DNA from: Nemertoderma westbladi
Lineage: Eukaryota > Animalia > Xenacoelomorpha
Direction of reading: 5' to 3'
DNA: 59,653 bases
Assembly: GCA_032718475.1 (NCBI GenBank)
Contig: JAUCBJ010000260.1
Span: 1-59,653 of the forward strand
This document shows, one piece after another, positions 46,665 to 58,417 of this stretch. Numbering within the stretch: the stretch's first letter is position 1; the number at the start of each line of letters is the position of its first letter. The position numbers were made by a program, and so were the translations under genes. The notes below the pieces were generated by a model that saw only the letters and a list, made by a program, of their open reading frames with translations, was not told the DNA's origin and searched no databases.

Positions 46665-49600
46665 ATGACGGAATTGATAGAAGATGACCTTGGTATTAGA
46701 GAGCGATATACTCTACCTTTACAAGCGTTTGTGGATAGCTTGATACGCGGTGAAGCCGATCCGACTATTACGGAGGACGATGGTCGTTATATCGAACCGC
46801 CGATGTCCCAGGAACAACTTACGCGTGAAGCGGACTATAGAAAATTCACCACTCGCTATACGAATCGTAATGGTACGTATATGGACTTCTTAACTACCGG
46901 CCATCCTACCGATTTACATGATACTGATGATGTAGACACCGAAAGGGAAATGGTTTTATTTAAATATCATGCCCAGCGGAATCGTAACGATAAACCGAGA
47001 ATAGAACACGAGAACTCTATTCGCAACCTACTCGACAGAGAAAACGTTGAAGAACCCGATAAGCGCATCAACTTCAACGACTACTTGGAATTTTTGCGGG
47101 AAACCTATCTCAATATTGCCAGTCAACAGAACCTAGAGACTCGATATCCTCAAGGTATACATCACGATCCCATGGTAGAACTCAAACGACTCTATTTCAC
47201 CATGATGTATCTTACCGCAGATCGTCCACTGCCTGTTGTCCCGGACAGCTTTGAACAAATGGAAGAGTATTGCAAAACTGGAGAACGATCACCCGCGTTT
47301 CCTCTGCAGGACGTACGTCTTTGGTATTATTGTGACTCATGTCCTAGACCTAACCAGCAAACGGAAAGACATAAACATCCGCGGAGACGTTGTGCTAAAC
47401 ACAGTTTTACGCGTTATACTTACGGGAGTTTCGAGCGAAACCTGTTCGACGTATCACCTACGATCGCCCGTCTAAAACGATCGCTAAATAAACCCATGAT
47501 CAGAGTTCCGGAATACTCAGTCAGACCTCCCCATTTCCCCGTGAGACCTCAAACTCTTGATCCTAACAGTATCACTGATCCTCCCGAATTATACTCACTG
47601 TTCAAGGATTTGGTGTTACCCGAGCAGTTAATCGGTGGTGTTCCGGCGGTAGGTTCGTTGGATATTCGACCATCCTATTTAACCGGATTGGGACGCGGAC
47701 ATCTAACATCGCCATTTAATCCTTACAACCGGCCAGGATTAACTCCGATACAACCTGCCACGGAAGTCGAGGAGAGTGTCATCAGAAACGCTCTAGACGC
47801 CATCCGACAGAAAATCGGAAAGGGAACCCAGGATTTTCTAGAGAAACGTAAATTACAGCAGCAGGTCCAATCGGTGAAAGAGCTAGCCTTGCCGCAGTTT
47901 GATAGAGAAATCCAAAACCTCGAAGAGGACATCGAGCTTGGACGTACGTATTCTCTACAGGAGTTTCTGGAAGAACGCTTGCAGAAACAGGCGGAGGAGA
48001 ATCAACTGGAGGAGAGGCATACGGAAATGGATGAGAGAGAAGAAGCCGCTTTAGCCCAACCCGAAACTCAGATACTCATAACCGATCTCTACTCTAAAAC
48101 CGTCCGTCATCCCTCGATGGTTCCGCATTTCGGAGACAAACTTTTCGCAAAGATACAACCCCAACCGGTTGATATCAGCATAAGATCGCAAAATCTTATC
48201 GCTGACGCTCCTATGTTACAGCGTCCGCCAATCGAGGCCGCTCGAGTTGACGGTATACTCGTTGAACCTCCGGACAATCGAGCGGATCTTGTCCGTCGTA
48301 TGGTACACGATGTCAACATACGCGCTAGACCTTTACAGAACTCTTTTTATGGAATTAAAGATCACCCTTATTACGTTAATCTGACTCAATATTATATGGT
48401 AAAACCAGAAGATCCGACGCATGATTTAAAGTTTCTACCACTAATAAATCCTCTGGACATTGTCGAACTCGAACAATTGCAAAAACATCTGGATCAATTA
48501 GTAAAGGTAAACTCATTTCGAAAACCATATAACGTTTCTCGAATAGAGAAGGATACAGAACCTCCTTATAATCTCGATGGATTTATTAAAACTCGATTAG
48601 TCCATTGGAATCTAGACGTATTATTCGAGGAGGAGAAAATCCAAAGATATGGAAATGTGGAGACGTATACCACTCGATATATGAAGTATAGTGATCTCCC
48701 TGACGCTAGTCAATGCGCCACCTTGTGGCATCCGGTAGGGATGACCCTCGAGAACGCCACCAAAGAGTGGAATGAAACTCTTAATATCATTGAGATGTAT
48801 GGCGTTGTTACTTACGATAACGAAGGTAGCGTTCCAATCGGAGAATTAGGAACTACGCGCATGATACACATACGCGGATTAGCTGGCTCCACTCACGTGT
48901 TTACGCGAGCGTGTTACGACGTGATCGATTATTCCTTTGAAACTCTCACCGAAACGCAAAAGAATCTCCGACATGGACAATTCGAACTCGCGCAGCGTTA
49001 CGTCATTGACACCGAACGCAAACCGGCCATGGGTATCGATGGATCGATGTTACCCCAGCCCGTTCTCGAGATGTTATTCAACGAAAGAATCATTAAAATC
49101 GGCTCAGCTGTTTACGGAGATCTCCAAAACGACTTTCGGAATATGGAGAATATCCCCTATCCTTTCGTGGATACTCAGCTGATAGCTCCTTGGGCCGAAG
49201 GCCGAGGTTTCTTTCGCACCATGTATGCTAATGTGTCTAGCAATATTACAAAGGTGCAACGAACTTCCATCGGACATCTTGCCTTTCAGGAATACGGGTG
49301 GAATTTCAAGGTCGGAAATCCCATCAACTATCAACAAGTATACGGAGACCATTATTCTCGATTATACTTTGACGGACCGTTGACCGCACCTGGCGCCGTG
49401 TATAGCTTCATGAGTGTTCCACTCCGTCCCTCCTTAGCTATCTACACGATCTTCGAAAACACCGCACTTTCCGGTTGGCTAGCCGATGTGTGCAGTCGCA
49501 CTATACGCGCCCATCCATTAATCCTTGGGACCAAACTCGCTAAGCTAGATGAACATAATAAATTCATCCGCTTTGAATGTTTCCGACGGTTTTTAACCCC

Positions 49601-50918
49601 GTTTCGCAACGTGGATAGCCAATTCAAAGACCGCACTTTGACCAAGCTCAGCTTAAGAGACTCGGCTGCGGAGAAGTTAGATAGCGCTGGATTCGCTATT
49701 TTCAGAGACATTTGTGTAATAAACCTGCACTCCTCGGTTATCCAAAGACCTCGGATCCCCACCGGTTATTCTGTCGTGGAAATTCAGACGGTAGGTCCAC
49801 TTGAGGAGACAGCCACACCTACCTCAACTATACAAGGGGAAGACGAACCCATATGTTTAGAATCTGAAGAGATTCAGCCCCCCACGTCTCGGAGTAGCGA
49901 TAGCGACTACATATTGGAATGGTATCAAGGTCCCCAGTGTCTTACTGCGTATGATTATCGCCATGCCAATTATGTTTCTAGACAACGTTGTCGGCTGTGC
50001 GCATCGAGAGACCATATTACGTCTATGGACACCAACGATCTTTGTTCCTATTTCCACGAGCAACCGTCGATGGAAATCTATTGTGCATATTGTCGGCTTA
50101 ATAATTTGCACATTTTTGCTGTCTGCCCCCAATTTATGACTCAATGCCATCATTGTCAATTAAAAGGACACGCCAGCTTTGATTGTCCCTTTAACCATGA
50201 TTTAGAGAGCGTAGATGAAATGATTGTACTACGTTATATCAGAGCTTGGGAAGCGAACGCTGATTTACATTGTGATTCACGCCATCGCTATTATCCTGGA
50301 CGCGCTTACGAAGGAGTTTATGCGTTCCATCCTTATTTGTTTGCCTCCGTCGAGCAGAAATCGCGCCTATCAAGTTATGAACTATTGAAGCGCGTTGGAG
50401 AATGTATTTCAACCAAATATGTACGCAAATTCCTCAGGAGCATTAATCCGAGTGACATCAATTCGTATAACTTAATAAACTTTATCCGTCAAGATCCGGC
50501 CTATGGAGACTTATTTGTCAACTCACACCCCGAGTTACAAGAAGTATATCGACGGCCTTACGAGTACAGAGCCCGCGAACGCGAGTTGGAAAGAACCATT
50601 AAACCAAGGAAGTTTCTAACTGCCTATGGTCCACCCACGGCCCTCGTTCAGACCACTCGTAAAGGACCCGTAAGAGCGGCTGTCTTGAAACGAGCTCTCA
50701 AAGCCGTTAGACCCCTCTCCCCGGACGTTGATGTCAATCAACCCGGTACTTCGACCGGCGGATATACCGATCGCAATCCCATACCTTCTGATGCAATCAT
50801 ATTGCACCCTTCACCCAGGAGTTATAGCCCTCCTCGTAAAGTGGCTCGCCCCAAAGAGAAAAGGACTCTTGCTAGCTTTAAAAAACTGCGTAAACGCCGT
50901 CCGCGCAAGAAAGACTAA
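46665..50918 (+). CDS. Accessory ORF3 (1417 aa): DEDDy-like 3'-5' exonuclease domain, three CCHC knuckles, basic C-terminal tail
   Basis: VVTYDNEG (ExoI), LPQPVLEMLFNERIIKIGSAVYGD...FVDTQ (ExoII), SIGHLA, PLRPSLAIYTIFE (ExoIII); CRLC..H..C, CAYC..H..C, CHHC..H..C. Intact, and inside the LTRs. Confidence 0.8.
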   Translation: MTELIEDDLGIRERYTLPLQAFVDSLIRGEADPTITEDDGRYIEPPMSQEQLTREADYRKFTTRYTNRNGTYMDFLTTGHPTDLHDTDDVDTEREMVLFKYHAQRNRNDKPRIEHENSIRNLLDRENVEEPDKRINFNDYLEFLRETYLNIASQQNLETRYPQGIHHDPMVELKRLYFTMMYLTADRPLPVVPDSFEQMEEYCKTGERSPAFPLQDVRLWYYCDSCPRPNQQTERHKHPRRRCAKHSFTRYTYGSFERNLFDVSPTIARLKRSLNKPMIRVPEYSVRPPHFPVRPQTLDPNSITDPPELYSLFKDLVLPEQLIGGVPAVGSLDIRPSYLTGLGRGHLTSPFNPYNRPGLTPIQPATEVEESVIRNALDAIRQKIGKGTQDFLEKRKLQQQVQSVKELALPQFDREIQNLEEDIELGRTYSLQEFLEERLQKQAEENQLEERHTEMDEREEAALAQPETQILITDLYSKTVRHPSMVPHFGDKLFAKIQPQPVDISIRSQNLIADAPMLQRPPIEAARVDGILVEPPDNRADLVRRMVHDVNIRARPLQNSFYGIKDHPYYVNLTQYYMVKPEDPTHDLKFLPLINPLDIVELEQLQKHLDQLVKVNSFRKPYNVSRIEKDTEPPYNLDGFIKTRLVHWNLDVLFEEEKIQRYGNVETYTTRYMKYSDLPDASQCATLWHPVGMTLENATKEWNETLNIIEMYGVVTYDNEGSVPIGELGTTRMIHIRGLAGSTHVFTRACYDVIDYSFETLTETQKNLRHGQFELAQRYVIDTERKPAMGIDGSMLPQPVLEMLFNERIIKIGSAVYGDLQNDFRNMENIPYPFVDTQLIAPWAEGRGFFRTMYANVSSNITKVQRTSIGHLAFQEYGWNFKVGNPINYQQVYGDHYSRLYFDGPLTAPGAVYSFMSVPLRPSLAIYTIFENTALSGWLADVCSRTIRAHPLILGTKLAKLDEHNKFIRFECFRRFLTPFRNVDSQFKDRTLTKLSLRDSAAEKLDSAGFAIFRDICVINLHSSVIQRPRIPTGYSVVEIQTVGPLEETATPTSTIQGEDEPICLESEEIQPPTSRSSDSDYILEWYQGPQCLTAYDYRHANYVSRQRCRLCASRDHITSMDTNDLCSYFHEQPSMEIYCAYCRLNNLHIFAVCPQFMTQCHHCQLKGHASFDCPFNHDLESVDEMIVLRYIRAWEANADLHCDSRHRYYPGRAYEGVYAFHPYLFASVEQKSRLSSYELLKRVGECISTKYVRKFLRSINPSDINSYNLINFIRQDPAYGDLFVNSHPELQEVYRRPYEYRARERELERTIKPRKFLTAYGPPTALVQTTRKGPVRAAVLKRALKAVRPLSPDVDVNQPGTSTGGYTDRNPIPSDAIILHPSPRSYSPPRKVARPKEKRTLASFKKLRKRRPRKKD

Positions 50919-50988
50919 CTGTTTAGAGTATTTTTATATTTTAGAAACTGTGATTTTGTATATTTTATAGACTTAAATCCCATTTTCT

Positions 50989-50996
50989 GGGAGCGG
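50989..50996 (+). promoter_or_regulatory. Short polypurine tract
   Basis: GGGAGCGG immediately before the 3' LTR; identical at 9841-9848. Confidence 0.6.
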
Positions 50997-52183
50997 TGTA
51001 AAAGCTTTTGTGGGATAACTGATACGTTTGCCTTTGCTGGCCAGTTCCCCCCCGGTCGCTAGAATACTCTCAAAGGGATTTATAACTAAAATAGTGCAAG
51101 CTACCAGCTTATTGGCTGATGTGCTGTGTGGAGATATCTGGGCTCAGTTTAATCGGCCAACCAGTGTAGGGAGGTTGCCTAAGCCTTGCTGTCCGTGTCG
51201 GCCAATAGAATTTGCGTGGGCGTTGATTTCGACCTATCCCAGCGCTACTGAACTGAATTTCCTATCTCTATGCTCATCCTCTGTGTTGAACGGGGCTTCG
51301 TGGAATAAGGGTAGTTGGTATCCTCGTATAGTTATTCCAGTCATATGATTCTTCATATGATTCTGTTGTTATGTTCCCATTTTTCGCCATAACACCGGCT
51401 TTTTGGGAAGAACTCTAGTAAACTGCTTAAATTATCGAAAGTATAAACTGTTACCTTAACTAACTCACTTAATTTAACTGCATTAATCATATTGTTTGTA
51501 CTGTTATTTTACTGTCAGTTATTAATTGTATCTATTTGTTGATGGAAATATTGCTCTTTGGAGAATACGGATAAATCACCCAAAATTCCCAATTTTCTTG
51601 ATACACTACAGGTTAGAGAGACGGGCTATATATAACAATTGCGATTTATATTAATGTGGTGTGTATTGAATCTAATGTTATTTAGTAGACCCTACATGAG
51701 TCAATTACTGCTCTCTTTATGTGTGATCAAATATACTGACGGTCGGCAGAATAGTGTGTATGATTGTGATTGGTAACAAAGTATTTCCTAAAGAATACGC
51801 TTTATACTTTAATCATAAGCGGTATCGTTGCGTTTTAGTATAAGTCTTAGTTCTGTTTAAATAGATAGAGCGCCACGTCCTAAAGGAACTGTTAATATTT
51901 CCCGAAAGCCAATAATATCTGTCAGAAATTAATTATTAACGATCTATCGAATAATACAGTAAGTTTACGCTGCAACCTTACACTGCAATAATAAAATTTA
52001 AGCATCCGAATTCAACCTCCCGGGTGTAGATCCATCGGGTGAATGATCGCGCATGGGCTGACTTCGGCTAATGTTTTGCGTATTAGCATAAAATATTGTC
52101 GTATGCTAAAGGTGTTTTAATTAACTAAAAGACATATAAATTTTGGCAGGTTAAACTGCTAAAGGTCTTCAAAAGCGCGAACA
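50997..52183 (+). repeat. 3' LTR
   Basis: Same length and near-identical sequence as the 5' LTR. Confidence 0.97.
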
Positions 52184-52927
52184 CCAACCCATTACATTTT
52201 TTTTTAATTAAACACGATATTGCCAGGCTTCATTATTTTTGAGAAATCGCAAATTTATAAATAAATTTATGCTATTTATTTTTGCTATTTTTGCGATATT
52301 TTCTGTTGTCTAAGTCATCCTGTAATGATATATATTATAGAAAAAATTGAAACATATACGTTTTACTTTGAGTAAAACCGACTCTTAGTACAGTCTTGAA
52401 CAAATTCAATGTTCAAAATTAAAAATGACAACTATAAAAGAGAAATCCATTTCAGTTAGATTCTGACCTCCCAGACCACCGGTAGCCTATACCGTGAAAA
52501 TGAAAGTTATTATAAAAATAGGACTTATAAAACTATTACCAACAACACGGCGATATCACCGATATCACCGATATACGACTACACCGATATTACAAAACAA
52601 CATGTCGAAAAACGCGCGCCGACACTGACCCGACATCACTTGCGGACACATGGAACATGCAGACACTGTGCCGAAATCACGCCGACATTCTGCCGATATG
52701 TCACGGATTCAACGGTGACACGACGACATTGCGCCGACGCAACGTCCACACTACACCGACACCATTGTAGACGCTAAACGAGTAACTTTCTCACAAAAGT
52801 TAAGAAGGAAATCGATCAGAAACTGTTGTAAATGCTCCAAAAACCTAAAATATAGAAAAAAGCTTGAAAAAAAAGCTCAAAAAAGAGCTTGAAAAACAGC
52901 TCAAAAAAGCTTGGTCGACTATAACTA

Positions 52928-54385
52928 CAGGGTGATCCAAAAGTTTCTGACCCGGGGGTCAGAAACTTTCGGACCCTTGCTATAATTATAGTTTTGTAGT
53001 TCTAGTAAACTAGCAGAGTAGACAGTTGTAGGGTAGGTGCACAGTTGTAGGTTATGGAAGTTTAAGTAGCCTAATGCAGTACTGCACTTTTGGTTCACAA
53101 TTTTGGTCATTGCTTCAGCTCATAACAACAGTATGGCACTAACTAATTGTGAGAAAAAGAGGATTGAAATTCAAACTTTATTTTTACGTGGAGATGGGAT
53201 AAAGAAAATTTTTAGGGATCTCAAAATTTCGGTTAACACTGTTAGAAAGTGGGTCAGAACAAATTCTGGAACAATTAATGACTCTAAACGCTTTGGAAGA
53301 CCAACGAAAATGACACCTGATTCAAAGAAACAGATAACGAAAATGACTAAGGATTAGTTCATTGGCATTCGGAAAGTGACGAAGAAGATAAACTTCAGCG
53401 ATTTTTACAAGAGTAGAGGAAAGTCCGTTGGTGCCACTACAGTTCGGAGGATGGTTAAATCAACTGAGTGGGGTAAAACAGCATATAAACAGACAGTTAA
53501 ACCAATGCTGTCGGCAAAGAATGTCAATGATCGCTTGACATTTGCGAACAAGATGATCAAAGATGGCTTTGCTAACAATTATCGTCCTGCACGAATGAAG
53601 CTCAGCCATATTTCGTTTACAGATGAGTCCCCAGTTGTTCTAAACCCTAAGCCAAACAAGCAGAATCACAGAATTCGAACAAGCGATCCTGGGACGATAC
53701 CAGCCATTGTGGTTCCTTAGTGTTCCACTGAAAATTATGGTGGCTGGAGGAATAAGCCGATATGGCCGGTCTGAACTTTACATTGTCCCACAGAACACAA
53801 CTGTGGATGGAGCACTATATAGGGAACAGATATTGCCAGTTTATCATAGAGCTTTGGATGATAAGAAGTTATTTCCTCGCTCTGAGTTAAGGATTCTTCA
53901 ACAGGATGGTGCCAAACCGCATACAGCTAAACAATCCATTGCTCAGATTAAGGCGAAGTTCGGAAATTTTGGAGCGGTATGGGAAACTTGGCCAGATAAT
54001 TCTCCTGACCTTAATCCCATAGAGCATGTCTGGGCAGAGCTCCAGGATTCGATATTCATTGAACCTAGACCACGTAATCATCAGCAGCTCATTGATAGAG
54101 TTAATGAGACATGGGTTGGTCTGGATCAGAACTGCCTTTCAGATCTTGCTCTGTCATTTCCACGCCGGATCCATGAGGTGATCAAGGAGAATGGAAGGAA
54201 CACAAAGTATTAGCTAATTGATGATGGACTCTAGGCCCAGGTGGTATCATTTGTAACTTTTTTGATAGAAAAATATATTCCCTTTGGTTGTGTGCATTGG
54301 AAATATATACAATTTTATTCGTTTATCCAAAACATTACTTTTAGTAAGATATACTTGGGGGGTCAGAAACTTTCGGATCACCCTG
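52928..54385 (+). mobile_element. Tc1/mariner transposon, DD38E
   Basis: TA-flanked 26-bp TIRs CAGGGTGATCCAAAAGTTTCTGACCC / GGGTCAGAAACTTTCGGATCACCCTG. Confidence 0.95.
53133..54213 (+). pseudogene. Tc1-like transposase with one stop (53355-57) and one frameshift (~53715)
   Basis: HTH with GRP motif, FTDES, QQDGAKPH, SPDLNPIEHVW. Confidence 0.9.
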
Positions 54386-56657
54386 TAGTAATTAGTGAGT
54401 CTTTAATAAACCGAATACAATCAGTAATTTTACCTGAACTTATGAGCATAGCTCTTTTAGATGATCCTGATTTTATTCTTTTATTATGAATGGCTTAGTA
54501 GTAGCAGTCTGTTTTAATTATTCTCAAATGTCATATCAATTATTTTACTAACAGTGCTATTTTATATACTTGTGCTATTTGATTTTATTTTGTACTTCCC
54601 TTTTAAATTAACATAAATAAATGCCGGCTTGTCCGGATGATGCGCCTCCGTGCGCTCTGATTATTATTATTATTATTATCTAATTCTAGAACATTCGTAT
54701 TATCTTAATTTTAATTGAACGTTAGAAAAGGCATAACAAGCCTGTTAAAAAACCTAGGCAATCGTTTGGTATTTGGTAGGCAATCGTCCGAATATTTAGT
54801 AAGTAAGTAATAGATCCGAATTTTTTAAGATTTTCTTAGATAAATGATATTAGTGCTATTCGGAAGAAAATCGAAGTAATACAGTATTACAGTATGTATT
54901 TAGATCTACGTAACAAATCTTAATAGTTATTATGGGAAATTGGGAAGAGGATAAGGATTCGCGCTCATTTTAAGTCATATTAGGGATAGAGGAACATTTG
55001 GGTGCATTTAAATTTACTTGGGCGTAACAGTTGAATTCATAGTTAACACATCATTAGTTACAGTGTATATGTAATAGTAATACCAATGCAATCGAATTTT
55101 GATAGTAAAATGTATAGCCACAGTAATCCCTTTGTAAGAATTCACTATTAAGTAATAGCTCGTGTACACGTACAGGTCTACTAGAAAGCAATTTCATGGC
55201 CATATATGGTAATAATCCTTAATAGGAGGAAGAGGGTTACGATCCTGCTCACTCATTGGCTTATCCATCCCGGTTGACTTAATGGTAGAACTTTGGTGCT
55301 TGACTGTGGGTGACTCACTCACTATATTCTTTCTGTTATTCTCTTTATTACTAGGTTCAGTTAGTGTTAGCTGCTAGTTTGATTTAGCTGTTGTGTGCAG
55401 ATTCAATAATATTGTTATTCTGCAATTTTTACCGTGAATAACTAATTGAATTATTACAGGTAAGCTGTCTGCCAATGCGATTGTTTTTCGCTTACTGCCT
55501 TTGCAGTACTCTACACCGGCTTACTGGTAGAATGACACTCTGCACGTTGGAGTAGGTGGCTTAGGAAGGTGCCTACAAGGAGCGCGTTTTGGAGCATGTG
55601 GACGAGTTGACAAACTACGGGGTTTCTATTTATAAAAAGGGAAGAACCGGTTATGTTTTGGGATCACTCTATGGTGGGACGGATGCCGTGGGGGTTCTGC
55701 TTCGCACTTGGGGTTTGGTGAAAGTTTTTAAACCATTGACAGGCCTGTAACACCTTTCGTATCTCAGCAAAAATCCGACCAAATAAATTTCGTTTCAGCC
55801 AAAATTTAGTATAAATTAAGGGTACCGATATTAGGCGTAATTATTCAAATTAGAAACGCAATAAAGCGTGCCTTTAATATTATTTAAATTTGGAGTGGAA
55901 TACTTAGGTATTTGCGGAGCATCTATGTAAAGGTTAGGTATAATAGACGCTTCGTCTGCACCAGCTTAGCCGACTCAAAATAAATTAGTAGTACTCATTG
56001 CATTTGTATGCCGGATTAGGTTTCATTGGGGATTAATTTCTCTCGTTTATTTTATTTTAGTACACAAGTTAAGTGATTGAAATAAAACCTGTCATGTTAT
56101 TCATTCAGTTATTTTGATGAGTTGATTGCGGGAAGATTGAACAGTATATAGACATACGTTGGCACTCGAAACATTCGGTAATCCGGTCCTATTGACAGCT
56201 GTTTGACCCAGGTTGAGCACATTCGGTATTCAGAATTAATTCGATATTTTCGGATCAAATTATAAGATTAAATTAGCCCGCGCCCCATTGCGCAACCTGA
56301 ACTACAGATTGTCTGTCGGTTGATAAGGCTTCACTACTTGAGTAATAAAATTGATTTTCCCCTACTGGAGAGAGTAGCCCTGGTGAGGTTACACATTTGC
56401 CACAGTTAGCAACAGCTGTACGCCCGAGAATAGGAAGAATATTCAATCCTTCCACTGTTCACGGGGGTTTAGCAGTGGTTGGCGGACCTTAGTGGGAAGA
56501 CCCCTGAGTAAAATTAGACCGGTAGATGAAACCGCATTTAGAACGGCTTGACCTATTAGACATTCGAACCCATGGATATTAGCGTATCCAGCGAAAAATT
56601 TCTAGACTCTCGAGATCCAAAGTGAGAACATTTGTGGATTCGGTTCTTATCTTTACA

Positions 56658-56770
56658 AAGCTTGAAAAAAGCTCAAAAAAAAGCTTGAAAGAAAGGTCAA
56701 AAAAAGCTTGAAAAAAAGCTCAAAAAAAGCTTGAAAAAAGCTAGAAATACAGCTCAAAAAAAGCTCAGAA
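56658..56770. repeat. AAAAAAGCTTG/AAAAAAGCTC short tandem array (other half at 52855-52911)
   Basis: The same units occur on both sides of the 52912-56657 insertion. Confidence 0.75.
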
Positions 56771-57054
56771 TACCTCACATAAAAAAGCAGCGCGGAAACA
56801 ATGAGCTTTTAATGTTATAAATATATGGCAGAAATCACGGCGATTGCAGTAGGGGTAGGCACTTGAAATATTGCTATTAAAAAGAAAAACCAACACCGGA
56901 ATGATTGAGCAGGAACGTCCTGAATATCATTATATTTAGCAGACGTTTCTGTTATATATCACATAACCATCATCAGTGCGATCAACCGACATCACTGTCT
57001 CAGCTGGCCAACAGTACCGGTATTACAGCACGGCCTGGCTTCCTAATTCCATTT

Positions 57055-58025
57055 GTAGGCGCTGTGGGTTGTAGGTCCTATGGGTTGTAGTGTAGGTACT
57101 GTGGGTTGTAGGTACTGTGGGTTGTAGGTACTGTGGGTTGTAGGTACTGTGGGTTGTAGGTACTGTTGGTTGTAGGTACTATGGGTTGTAGGTCCTATGG
57201 GTTGTAGGTCCTATGGGTTGTAGGTACTGTTGGTTGTAGGTACTATGGGTTTGTAGGTCCTATGGGTTGTAGGTACTGTGGGTTGTAGGTACTTTAGGTT
57301 GTAGGTACTGTGGGTTGTAGGTACTGTGGGTTGTAGGTACTGTTGGTTGTAGGTCCTGTGGGTTGTAGGTACTGTGGGTTGTAGGTACTGTTGGTTGTAG
57401 GTACTGTGGGTTGTAGGTACTTTAGGTTGTAGGTACTGTGGGTTGTAGGTACTGTGGGTTGTAGGTACTGTGGGTTGTAGGTACCATGGGTTGTAGGTCA
57501 TATGGGTTGTAGGTACTATGGGTTGTAGGTACTGTGGGTTGTAGGTACTGTGGGTTGTAGGTACTGTGGGTTGTAGGTACTGTGGGTTGTAGGTACTGTG
57601 GGTTGTAGGTACTGTGGGTTGTAGGTACTATGGGTTGTAGGTACTGTGGGTTGTAGGTACTGTGGGTTGTAGGTGCTGTGGGTTGTAGGTACTGTGGGTT
57701 GTAGGTACTGTGGGTTGTAGGTACTGTTGGTTGTAGGTACTATGGGTTGTAGGTCCTATGGGTTGTAGGTCCTATGGGTTGTAGGTACTGTTGGTTGTAG
57801 GTACTATGGGTTGTAGGTCCTATGGGTTGTAGGTCCTATGGGTTGTAGGTACTGTGGGTTGTAGGTCCTATGGGTTGTAGGTCCTATGGGTTGTAGGTAC
57901 TGTTGGTTGTAGGTACTGTTGGTTGTAGGTCCTATGGGTTGTAGGTCCTATGGGTTGTAGGTACTGTGGGTTGTAGGTCCTATGGGTTGTACTGTAGGTC
58001 CATGGGTTGTAGGTATTGTGGGTGT
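57055..58025. repeat. 16-bp minisatellite (GGGTTGTAGGTACTGT)n, about 60 units
   Basis: Direct reading; variant units contain TATG, TGTT or CCT. Confidence 0.95.
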
Positions 58026-58417
58026 ATCCCTTTATATTGTGTACGATGAGGGGTGGGGGTAGGGGGGGGGGGGGGGAATTATGAGCATTTCCGTGTTTCG
58101 TCTGTTCCAAATCGACTATAAAACAAGACCTTTAAATATTTGCGCAAAAAATATTGGTGTTCAGAGGTTCCAAAAATTGTTGAGTGATGTATAAGATAAG
58201 TTCAGTGAAAGTTAGGGCAATTGTGACCCAACAAATTTTTCTAAACTCATGGGTAGCAATATTGTTCCGGTCGCAATTGTCCGGATCCAGATATATCAAT
58301 GAAATGCAACACATAAATAATTAGTTTTACAACATTATAGATTTCAAAATTTTTATATCAATAGCTAGTAAAAAAATAATTAATTAAAATTATTAAAAAC
58401 AAATATCAGTAATGACG

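Larger units (their letters stand above)
33569..52183 (+). mobile_element. Full-length 18,615-bp BEL/Pao LTR retrotransposon with accessory ORF
   Basis: TG...CA LTRs of 1187 bp each; 5-bp duplication CCAAC (33564-68, 52184-88); Gag-PR-RT-RH-IN order with BEL-specific motifs. Confidence 0.97.
52912..56657. mobile_element. Probable ~2.3-kb solo LTR (excluding the nested Tc1-like element)
   Basis: TG...CA termini with 5-bp duplication AAGCT (52907-11, 56658-62). It splits an AAAAAAGCTTG/AAAAAAGCTC array. No ORFs. Confidence 0.6.

Noticed and set aside
46665-50918. ORF3 as an envelope gene
   Set aside because: No visible signal peptide or transmembrane anchor; it has nuclease and knuckle motifs instead.
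57211-58110. Short ORFs in the minisatellite, and antisense ORFs within gag, pol and ORF3
   Set aside because: Products of repeat periodicity or codon bias on the opposite strand.
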